From Monosiga brevicollis MX1 (lineage: Eukaryota), in NCBI RefSeq assembly GCF_000002865.3, contig NW_001865085.1, positions 68,256 through 132,255 of the forward strand: a DNA stretch of 64,000 nucleotides, read 5' to 3'. The translations under genes and the position numbers were made by a program. Under the pieces are notes generated by a model. The model was not told the DNA's origin. It was given only the letters and a program-made list of their open reading frames with translations, and did no database searches. This document shows, piece by piece, positions 1 through 12,000 of this stretch. Position 1 is the first letter of the stretch. Each line of letters starts with the position of its first letter.

Positions 1-3000
1 GCGTCTCGTAATCAAGGCTTGCATTCACGCGCAGTCGACCCGTGGTGGCATCAATGGAAAAAGCTGTCAAGTTGTCGGGCAGCAAGCTGTATGACACGGT
101 GCCATTGGCGCCCGCGTCAGGATCAAACGCCACCAGCTGCTCGATGGTTTCTCCAATCGCCTCATTCTCGGGCACAGCCACGTCGTAGAAGGACGCTTCA
201 AAGCTAGGGATACGATCGTTTATATCCAAGACTTCGATCTGAATGGTTGAGGTGCTCGATAGAATCTTGCCATCAGTCGAGGGCACCGTGTTTTGGGCGG
301 TCACAACCAAGGTATGATTTGCTGTTGCCTCGCGATCTAGCCCTTGTGCCAGCAGCAGGCCTGTGCTTGCATTCAGGGCGAAGAGTTTGCTTGCGGGGCT
401 CGCCGTCAGGCTGAAGGTGGTCGCCTGGAATGCCGGAGAGACATCGGCGTCGGTGGCGACCACGTACCCAACGGGCTGCCAGTCAGTGCCCCCGCGCTCA
501 AGGATTTGCCACGCGTACTCTTGTTGAGTAAAGATGGGGCTTGCATCGTTCGCATCTTGGATCAGAATGGTCAGCATGACATCCACATAACTGGTGGATA
601 GGCTTAGCTCTGTGGCGCGCACGAGAAGTTGCACCACGTTGGGCCCAAGCTCAAAATCCAAAGCAGCGCGGATGAAAATGCGCCCACTCTCGGGATCAAT
701 CGCAAAGCGAGGGTCTGTGCTATTGCGGAGGCTAAAGCGTAGTGTGCCCGCTGGGCCGACGTCAGCGTCAATCACGGGCACGGTGGTGACCGTGTCATTG
801 ACGCTCAACGACTCCGAAACGTTGGCAGTGCTTGAAAACCCGGCAGCCAAGACCGGTGCATTATCGTTCACGTCCTTGACAAAAATTCGTACTTGCAGGG
901 CTGGCCCAAACAGCAAGGTTCCATTCTGTGCCCGCTCTGCCGCCACAATCCAGAGGCCGAGATATTGTCCGGCCTCTGCATCCAGGGGCGCCAGAAGGTC
1001 CAACGAGCCGGACGTTGCATTGAGAGTGATGTTCTCCGTGCCTGGGGTGGCCTGAAGAATGGCGTACACAATCTCGCCTTTGCCATCCGGGTCATAAGCT
1101 TGCACCTGGCTCAGGTGTACGGGTGCAAGATTCTCCGATACGTTGACTTGAATCACGCTGGGCGCAAAGTAGGGGCGAACATCATTCAGATCCTCAATCT
1201 CAATATGGACCATGAGGCGTGACTCGTGGAATGGCGTTGCATTGTCTCGCGCTATGATTTCCAAGGTATAGCTCGAGACGTTAAGGCGCTCAAAGTCCAG
1301 ATCATCACGGACAACTAGCGTCGCCGTCGTCGCGGAGAATGCAAAGTGCTGAGCCGCCACATCCATGCCCTCGATTGCATACGTGATGCGACCTGCAGCA
1401 CCCGCATCGGGATCCACTGCGGTAGCGTTGATCAGCACCTGCCCCACAGCAACGGATTCGTTCAAGCGCAGGCTGACTGAGCCAAGGCCCCCAGCCGGCG
1501 CGTCAAGAAAGTGCAAAAACCGAGGGGCATTGTCGTTGACATCCTGGACAGTGATGACGACGCTCGTGGTGGTGATGCGCGGGGGGCTGGCCCCGTCTTG
1601 CGCCAGTACGGAGACGGAATATTGCGCGACACGTTCACGATCCAGGCCCCTGGTCGGCCGGAGCACCCCAGTCTCGTCGATGACCCAGTCAACGACAGTG
1701 TCGGGCTGTATCTTGTAGCTCACCCGTCCGTGGGGGCCTGGGTCCGCATCGGTCGCGGCGACGGCCAAGGCAACCTGCGTCGGATCGGCGGCCTCGTTCA
1801 CCTGAAAGTCGTAAAGAGATTGCGCAAAGACGGGCGCGAAATCATTTCGGCACCACAAGTACGGGGTTGTGGCCTCGCCGACGAGGGCGGGGTTGAAGCC
1901 GTTGACAAAGTGCGTCAAATTGATGCCAGCCGCAGCATCACGGAGGGGTAGGTTGATAGGGTTGGGAAACATGAGGGGGGAAGAGCGCAAGCCCACCCGC
2001 GCGTGCGTTCGCACCCCGTTGTAAGCTGCATTGTAAGTCTGCAAGACGGAGACACCAAAGGTGGCACGGAAATCTGCTCTTAGGGCCACGCGAGCCACTG
2101 TGGTGTTGCTGGGTACGACAATAGGAAACACGCCGCCAAAGGGGTGCATCGTGGGGGTCAAGGCCTGATCACCAACTCGCGCAAGACCAGCTACATCGTT
2201 GTCATCATCCCCACCCATCGAGTTCACAACATATGCATTGCTCAGCGCATTGGTGAAGTTGGGCCACGAGGCAGAAAAGGCGAGGAAGAGATGGCGGTCC
2301 GCAAAGGGCTTGTCTCCTTCCAGCCGCACGGTGAGTTCGCAATCGTTATCCAGGTAGTGGGGCGCCTCCAGCTCCAGAGTTGAAAAGTAGACGGGTGGCT
2401 GCACAGCCAGGTCTCGGAGCGCGTTGAGGTCCGCGAGTGTGACGCGACCATCGCGGTCAACGTCCAGCTCTGGCTCGTAGACGCTTGCCAAGACAGCCGG
2501 CGACTCGGGCAGGCGAAAATTGTAACTGGCGTGCTCCAGGTATAGGGCCAGCAAGTCCACGTCTGCGTCACTTTTGCGACAGTCCCCGTTGACGTCCCCA
2601 CGCTCGCGCGCACCACCTGTGCAGTTGGTACATGGCAGCGTAGCATTTGCAGCACACACTGGCCGGCCCTGATCCATATCCGTGGCATTGGCCGAGGGCA
2701 CATCGGTTGTGGTCAAGCTGTCAGAGGTCACTGTGCCGGTACCGGTACGACGTCGGCGGGCGCCCGTCGTGTCCGAAACATCCGCAGTGAAAGCACCCGC
2801 CACGATGGTGCGCGGCGTTGGTGAGCCAAGAGGTGCACCTTCAGTTGAAGTCGCGCGCTGCACAGTGCCGCCAAAGGTTATGTCACGCGTGGACGTGGGA
2901 AAGACGGTGATTTCAGCCACGCGGAGCAACCCAGCGGCGGATGCGTCTACGTTCATAGGGTTGAGGACCTGGAGGTCAAGATCAAGGCGTCCGGTACTGG

Positions 3001-6000
3001 GCACTGCGATGGTTCCTTGGAAGCCAGGACCGATGGCGGTGCCAACGACCTGCATGCGCTGGCTGTTGTATGTCAAGGTTATTGTCAAGTTGCCCAAAGA
3101 TGCCCCACCAACGGCCACCCAAACAGGCACCACCTTGTTCTGTTGTTTGCGAAGGTTTTGGAGATAGTGTCCAGTCACGTCTCCAAGATCCACGTCGCCT
3201 TGTGCAGGCTGCAGATTGACACTTACGCGAAGGTCCCGTGACAAAGCCGCTGATGTCGGGCCGCCCGTGGGTACACCACGTGCTTGCAGCAGCACGGCAT
3301 TGGTGGGGTCCACATTGAACATTGGCGCACACGTGCCTGTACTGGAGTTGATGGCCAAGGCTGTGGGATTGGAGCTGAAGAATTCCAGCAGTCCAAGATA
3401 AGCGCCATCATTTGCGCGTGTCACGTCAACTAATTGCCACCCGTTGCCCAAGGTTACGTTGACGGATGCCAAGGCCGAAGAGCGCCCGCGCTGTCCAGCC
3501 ACGACGGCGCTACTGTCCCCAACCATAAAGGCGTCAATGCTAGTGAGTTGGGTTGAATCCTCACTCACTTCAAGCTGCGCGACATCGGCCGACTGCGACG
3601 TGGCCTCGGCAAAGGTGGCTGCAAAGCGCAAGCTGGAGGCAGCTCGGGGTGTGATGCGCCAGCGCTCGGTACCCAGCGGTTGCAACTCGACCGCCGTCGA
3701 AGCGTTGGTGCCGTTTGCAAAGGTAATGGAAAGATGCGTCTCTGGATTTCGCGTCACGTCAAGGAGCTGGCCATTGGACAACTTGAGCCAGATGCTGAGT
3801 TCGGCCTCGAGGTATCGGCCCAAAGGAGCCAGCCGTTGCAACACGCCCACCGGAAGGTTCGAGGACCCCGGGAAGGCCGGGTAAGGCCGAAGACGCACCT
3901 CCAGCGCGGTCGGAGTGACCACACTCAGCTGACTGGTGGCATTGCCAGCAAGATCCAAAAAGTCAACGCCAAGCGTAAAATTTCCTGCTGTTGCTTCCTG
4001 GATCACGTACAATTCAGCCTGTGCTTCCGTTTCGTTGAGACGCAGAGCCACACCCGAGGCAGGGTCGAGCGTGTACTGCGTCTGGCGATCCCAGGTCATT
4101 ATTTTTGCTGTTCCCGACGACGAATAATGGGCCCCCACCGAAACGGTAATGGATGTCGGCACCCCAGCACGGTTTGCAGCGGAATTGGGGTACGCCAGGG
4201 CAGCCCCAGAGAGATTCAGCACTGTTTCAAAAGGCTCCAAGTACACGTCCACGTCAGGGGCCGCCGTGAGTGAGATCTCACAGCGGGTTAGAGATGCGTT
4301 GACAAAGTTGCCGCTGCCCACGCTCCGGGGCAGGACCTTGGAGCCGTTGATCAGTTCAATGTAGTCGCGGCCCAGGTTGGCGTAGGCCAGGCCCGGGGCA
4401 TGCAGTGGCAAAATATCGGCGCTGCCATCAGCATAGACCAGCTCAGACTGTAAAAGGCCGGAACGATCGGCCAGGTCTTCCACGCGACGCTGGCGCAGGC
4501 TAGCCCGAACGGTCGTGGCCGTTGCTTCCACATCAAGGCCTGTGATCAGACGTGTCTTGAGAGCCACCGCCACAACCGGACCCTCACGCGTGACTTCCAA
4601 ACTGAGGCGACTGCCATGTACTGAGACATCGATCAAATGGCGTGCCAGCGTAGCCTTTTGCACAACCATGCGGCCATCAGGTTCCACCGCAAGGACTGAG
4701 GGTTGGCTCACGGTCAGGTGCGGTGCCACAAGATTTGTCACGTCCAGAAACACGGCCGACTCAGTGTTGCCACGATCAAAGCGGGCCACCGCCTCGAGCT
4801 GGCTGCTTTGATACAGCGTTTCATTGCAGCTGGGTGTCACCGTGCCCGCAACAGCCCGCAACTGGGTGCGAGAGGCACTGAGTTGCACCTGACTGGCTGC
4901 AAACACACTTACCGTGGCTGTGGATTGCACAGCTCCATAGATCACGAGAATGCTGGTGGCGGCACTGCCACCCACTTCCTGCCCGTCAAAATAGAGGGCA
5001 CTGCAGTTGGACGTCACCTGAATATAGTCAATGTCGCTGCTACAACTAGCTCCCACGGGCGCTCGAAGAGTTGTCAAGAGGCCAGATGAGCTGCGCAAGT
5101 GCAAGTTGAGTTCAACGCGTGGTGATGTGTTTGGTAGCAGAGTTTCGGTATTAGTGAGATCGTAGGTATCGGGCACGGCTGCCACAGCTATTGTGGCGTG
5201 CGCCTGCAGCCTGATCGCCGCTTGCGAGGCCTCAAAGTACGTATCAGTCACAAATCCCATGGGATCGGGCAGATCTTGTAGCAGCGCCTCATTGTCACTC
5301 ATGGTTCCAGAGCAGTTGAGACTGATGGTACTGCCCGCCAGTGCATCAAATTTGCCGGCCATGAGTTGTAAATCGGCAATTAGGAAGGGCGAGCCGGTGG
5401 GGGCCTCGTCGAAGAAGCCGTCAGTGTTAAGCGATGAGATGGCAAAGCCGTAGCCGTTATCGATGACGTTGGTGCTTGGCAAAATGTCTGCCGATGTCTC
5501 CGCAAAAACCAGAGGCCCGCTGGTCGGCAGGGCGCAAGACATGATCAGATTCTGCACATTGCGGTCTGTGGCCACGTACACCTGCACGCGCACCGTCTCG
5601 TCAGGACTGATGGCATGTGCAGGCAGCTGCACAAAGATACGATTGGTGGCAGCCGGAAGCGGGCGTGTGTGCAGCGTCACGTTGGTCACTTCTACAAGAG
5701 AACCAGACTCCGTCAGACCGCCGCGCACGGGAAGAGTCACGTCGGGCCCGCCTGCAGTCAGGCTGTCGAGCCAGGCGGAGGGTACCGTCGCAGCCATGAA
5801 ACACGAACCCGCGCTGCTGGTGGTTTGGCAGGCTACAAACAACGTTGAAGTTTGACCAGCAGCAGTCACCTCGAGCGAGACGTTGCGAGCGATGGCCACG
5901 TCGGAGTTCGTGTCCGTGCGAGTTACCTGGGCATGGACTCGGATCACCGGGCGCTCGGCCCAAATGTCGCTGTCCAACACCACAAAGCGCACGCCTGCCG

Positions 6001-9000
6001 ACCACAACGTCGTACTGACATTCTCAACACTGCTCGACGATGCTTCCAAAGTCAAAATTTCGCGCTCCTGAACGCCGCCATAGCTTGCATCGAGGGCGAC
6101 AGTCGTCGCGCGGTCCGATAGAGTCGAGGTGGAGAGCTGGCGCACAACGGCCGGGGGCGATCCGGGCGCCCATGTGGAGCCGTTGCGAAGTACCACACCA
6201 TCGACGCTTGCCAGGTGCGGCACGGGTGCAGCACCAGATACGACGGACAGGACGCGGCTCGCGGTGAGGTTTCCACCATCGCGCACAAGCACGCGAATTT
6301 GCGTCAACGGAAGGGGATTGCTCTGAATCTTGTCAACGATCAGCGCACCGCCCTTGGCATCAATGCGCAGCGGTGTGTCAAGCGCCCCCTCGAGGTCAAA
6401 AGTAAGCGCACTCTCGACCTCATCAGCATCGCTAGCCGTAATTTCTGCGACAACGGTGCCTACTGCATCAAACAAATCGAGCACCACGATTGAAGGGACC
6501 TGATCGAGCTGTGGGGCATTGTCGTTACGGTCCTGGACCAGGATGGTCAGGTTGAAAGGAAGTCCCGCTCGACCCCCACCGTCTCGACCGATCAGCATGA
6601 CCTCAAAGCGATGTGGATCAGTTTCATAGTCCAGGCCCTGGGTCACCACCACGCTGCCCGTGGCAGCATTGACCTCGATCGCAAGACCTGGCGGAGTCAC
6701 GCTTAGAAGTTCGTAAGCCACATCCCCTAGCTCGGCACTGTCTGCATCCGTGTAGTTGAGGAACCAAATCTCGCCGATTAGGGAAGACTCGACCACTTTC
6801 ACTTCGCCAACGTAGGTGTCTGCGCTTGGCACGTTGTCGTTAATGTCCAAGATTTCGAGTTCAAAGCTGGCGTTTGCTGTCGCCGCATTAAATGGCGGGA
6901 TTGTGTCAGTTGCCGTGACCGTGAGCTGCACGGACTTGTAGGCCTCGTAGTCAACAGCGGCCACAAGGTGTATCTCACCATCCAGGAGCACAAAACTATC
7001 GGCCAATGAGACAGGGCTAACGTGCAGCTCCAGGGACACGCGACCCCCAGCGGCGGGCGGATCAGCATCTGCAGCCTCCACTGTTGCAATCACGCCGCTA
7101 GAAATGTTCTCGGCCACTGTCGTCTGGTTCTGGTACGCACCAACTAGGCGCGGGGCTTCGTCGTTCACATTGGTCACGCGCACGGTCATGGATACAGGTC
7201 GAGTTTGCGGTGGTGTGCCCCGATCTGATAAGACAAGCTCGAGGTCATATTCTGTAATGTTTTCGTAGTCGAGTGCACCCGCAACGCGCAATTGTGTCCC
7301 GCTGACGACCTCAAAAGGCAAGGCCGAGTCAACAAGAGTAAAGAAATAGGCCGGCGCCCCGTTCACAGCCGGTGTGTCCCGGTCTGTGGCTGACAGAGCT
7401 AGGACCAGTGTGTCCAGGGCTGCATCTTCGGCTATTTGGGCCGTCTGGGGTGAGGATAGTTCTGGTGCGTTGTCATTGACATCGCGGACTTGCAAGACGA
7501 GTGGCTGCACCGTGCTTAGCGCTGGAAAACCGCTGTCCGTAACGCGTACTGTGAGGTTATGCCACGCTTCCACTTCAAAGTCCAGGACTTGGCGGGACAC
7601 TAGACGCATCTGCCAGTCATTTCCTGGAGCGGCTGGGGGCTCAAGATACGCGCTAAAATCGTTGACAGCAGCAGGACTTAGCAGCTCCACAGTCGGCTGA
7701 GCGAAAAAGTCTGGATCGCGCACAAGGACCGTGGTATTCAAGACTGAGTTCTCTCGAACTTCCAGCGTACTGTTGACTGGCAAGCCATCAAACTCAGGAG
7801 CCACGTCGTTCAAGTCGGTGACATTGACGATGATCGTTTGGATGTCATGGAGGCTGTCGTCGTGGGCATTGCTGATGCGCACAGTCAACTCACACGCGTG
7901 AGTGGTCTCAAAATCCAGGCTTGCAACACGGTGCACGCAAAAAGGCGAAAGGGTCAGGTTAAAGGCGTTTGCAGCTGCGCTGGGCAAGACCGAGGCGAGC
8001 GTGAAGATTAGCTCTGATGTAGGAGTGTCAGGATCTGTGACGTTAAAGCACGCAAGCTCTTGTGGCGCAGGCTGATTTTCGGGGACGACCACAGTCAGCG
8101 CGGACTGTGGTATGAGAATGGGAGGCTCGTCATCCACGTCTACGACGGTGACAAGCACCTCAACAAACGTGATGTGGTGACCGTCGCTGGCGCTAACGTT
8201 GAGACGCCATTCAGACTGTGCCTCGTAATCCAAGGCTCGGTCCACAGACAGAAGAAGCGAGGCTGTGAGCCCGGGCACAACCTCGCTGGAGAACGGCAGG
8301 CTGGCCTCGTCAATGAGAGTGAGAGTCAACGCCTCATTGGCAGCTCGATCCAGATCCGTCGCCCTAATCTCCAGGTCAGGTAAAGGGCCCACTTCGCCTT
8401 CGGCGATCACGACTGAGTATGAAGCAGCTGCAAAGCTGGGTGGGTTGTCATTAACGTCAGTGAGGCGCACCGAGATGCTGGCTTGTGTGGTGACTCCACC
8501 CGTGTCGCTGAGCAGAAGCAAGACATCGACACGGACGTCGTTGCTACTGGCGGTGATGATTGTTCGCTCGCGATCCAGGCGCCCATTGGCCACCAAAACC
8601 GCGACGCTAGCATTACTTTGTTCCAGACGGAACAAATTTGTGGGTGCATCAACACCTGCAAACGTAACGGAGGCGATGGCAACACTAACCACGCCAAAGG
8701 CGCCGGTGTCGGCATCAGACACAAGAACAGTTGCCAGACGCGTCCCAATCTCTACTTCTTCCAGCTCGTTTACAAGCTGTGTACTCGGTGATGCGACAGG
8801 CGCATGGTCGTTGACGGGTGTAACGTTTACAAAGTAGGAGAGGGGGGCACTGCGCATGGCGGTCTCATCCAGGACCACTACCACTAGCTCGCGAACGCCG
8901 AGCGTCGGTTCATCACGCTCAGCCACGAAGCGCAGCGTTGAGATGAACGCCGCAGCGTCGTCCAGTGTCCAGTTGCCGGTGACACGGAAGGTTATCACGA

Positions 9001-12000
9001 CGTTGTTGGTGCCGATCACGTCTACGGTGCGTGCGGCGGTGTTGCCGTCGGTGTTTGAGGCGACGACTCGGTCAGTGGTGGGATCTGCAGCCCCCATGAT
9101 GGTCACCTCAATGGCAGTTACGATGGAACTATCCTCATCCGTCACGACGATGTTTGCCTCCGACGCAAAGAGCCTCGCAGCGTAGGTATCCTCCGCCGTG
9201 GGAGCGGGGTCAGCTGCAGATAGTCCTTGGCTTGCATTTGTCACAAGTGCCGGTGCGTCGGGGACAATCGCAAAAGGCATCAAGACCGAAGCAGTATCCG
9301 TGCCTCCCTGGATGTCTGTGACCCGCAAGGTCAACACACGTGACGTGCCCGAGGGGTTGTCGGCGCGGTTGATGTACTGAATAGCTTGCAGGGCCGCTTC
9401 AAATTGTGCCAGGGTCGCAGGTCCCGTCAGATTGACCCGGTCACCATGCGTGGCCAGCAGGATGGGGTTCGTAGCAGCCAAGGGCAACGTGGTGAACTGC
9501 TCATACTGGGCCGTGTCGACAAAGGTAGTTGTCAGCTCCGCACCCGCCAACTCCGTGTCGTCCAGGTCCAGCAGCGATAAGCTACTCAGCACCGTGACGG
9601 CCGGGCCCTCCTCCGTGAATGTACCGGCAACCATCGCCACAATCTGGACGGGATTGTTGACGCCTTGAAATGTGATAAAAATCACGACTTGCGTTGAGGC
9701 ACCACCTTCGTCCGTGACGGTGAGGCGCAGCTTTTTCGAGGCTGCTGGCGGAACGGTGAAATTGGCATTGTAAGCCACGGCGCCCAACAAGGTTCTGTAA
9801 GTAGCTAACGACCCCAGTCCGTCCAGGAAGAGAGTCGTGCCATTGCTTTCCGACCGAAGAGTGATGCCAGATACTGCATCCACACCACCGTTCAAGCGCA
9901 CCGCCTCGTCCATAGCGGTATCCGGATTCAGCACATCTACCCTGAGCTGCGACAGGTGTGTGCTATCCACGTCGTGCAGCGATACATTGGCAGCCAGCAG
10001 TACGCCACCGCTCTGCTCTGTAAAGTTCAGATGCGTAGGGAGACTCCCCAGCACGGGCGGGTCGTTGACGCGAATCGTGTGGATCATCACTGAAACCGGC
10101 ATGCTGGCGCCCACCTGATTGTAGACTGTGAAAGCGCGACAAGAATGACATGCGTGCAGGAGCGCATGAGCGACAATCGCAGTCAGGTTTTACACAAGGT
10201 CACCGGCAAAGGCGTGACCATCACATGGGCACAGTGGCAACAAGAGCAACGGACGCAACCATCGCTTCAGAATTGGACAACAACAGAAGCTCATCTGACA
10301 CCCCTGCTTGTAAAACACGTACCGACAAGTGTCAGGTTGCGCTGGTTGTGCAACGGCTCTGTGGCATTGTTGATGTACGCGACGCTGGCCAGGATGTCGG
10401 CATACACAGCCAACGAAGCCGATCCACTAATATTCAAGCGGCCCGCGACTGGATTGTATGCACCTTCCAGGCCCGCGGGCAAGACAGCAGGCAGCCGGAG
10501 GCTCTCATCGCCAACGTTCGGCTCTCGGGCTGCGCTTAGCTGCACCGTGGCCCCTGCAATGCCAGCATTCAGTTGAAATGAGTTTGCTTACGCGCACGCC
10601 AAGAGGAAGGGGAACAACAAAAAACAAAAACAAATCAAAAACGAAAAGTGGTCGATCAACAAACGCCACACGACAAGCCTTACCTGTGGCATTGTAGGCC
10701 CTGTTCTCTGTCGACGAAAGAACAAGTCCTGCATCAAAAGGTAGCACGCCAGTCAAACTCCCCTCCAGAACGTCCACGGTCACGGCGCTAAGTGCAGCCT
10801 TTATTACTTGATCGTGCCGTGGCGCGATGAACAGCACCATCAAAGTCTCATTTGACCATTGCTCTCCATCAAACGCACGCCAGGCAATCGAGCGTGATAC
10901 GAGGCGAGGCTCATCAGTTGGATTGACGTAGGTCAGCTGAGACAGCACTGTGGCTGCCTCAACAAGGGAGAGGCCACGCGCATCGTTAATTGCTCTCAGA
11001 GAGAGATAGAGCTCCGTTGCCGTAGCCATGTACTGCACCCGAGCCTCGATCGCCGAGACAGCAGCAGGAGGCAACGTCAAGTTTTCACCCAAATCCAAGG
11101 CCAAGGAGTCCGCACTGGCCTCGGACAAGCGAAGAGTCACGTCAACTCGTGTCACCGTCTGAAAGGCTGCATCTGGATCCTGAAGGTGCACGTGGCTGAG
11201 AGTCAGAGGTGGCGATCCTTCTTCAAACGTATTGGAAGAGGTGTTGAGCACCACAACTGGAGGTCGATTGTTGGCATCAAGAACATGAATGATGATCTCT
11301 TGATCCGTCCAGTGGGGCCGTAGGCTGTCGTCCTGGGCACGCAGGCGAATAGAATATGCAGTCTGCACATCCACGTCGAGAACGTCGCTTGCCGTTAATA
11401 TGAGCTGATCCTCCATTACGTCAAAAAGACCAGCCTCGTCTTCCAATAAGTCAAACGTGACGGACTGCTGGCCGTCGGCGTCAGCGTCCTTTGCCCGCAG
11501 CGTGGCCACCACGGCACCTGCGTCGGCTGCCTCGCTCAGGTTGAACGATGCCATGTTGACGTCCCACACAGGGGCATTGTCATTGACGTCGGTGACGTGT
11601 AGAGTCAAATTAGAGACCGTTGCATGTACCCCATCGGATACCTCGAGGCCGCAAACGAAGACGCGCGCCCCAAGCTCATAGTCCAGTGCAGCAAAGGCTG
11701 AAATGTTGCCCGAAGCACTATCCAGAGCAAATGCCATGCTGGCGTTGCAGGCTTCGCCACCAACAAAGGCGAAGGTAAGGTCTGGTGAGTCGGGATCAAC
11801 GGCGGTGACGCGGCCCACCAGGCGCGGGCTTGACAGGTTTGCAGCACCCTCTGGTACGTACAAAGTGTTGGCAGACGTCCACACCGGAGCCTCATCGTTC
11901 ACGTCCAGCACCAAAACCTGAATGCTGTGGTTTGTCGTACGGGGTGGAGCACCCGCGTCGGTGGCCACAATGGTCAGATTGTAAGACGCCTGCGTTTCAA

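Noticed and set aside
10505..10683. C-terminal hydrophobic stretch (PLFVFDLFLFFVVPLPL) of the 4,023-aa ORF looks like a TM helix
   Set aside because: It lies in a T-rich GT..AG intron (10683-10554); splicing continues the repeat pattern in frame, so it is probably not the true membrane anchor.
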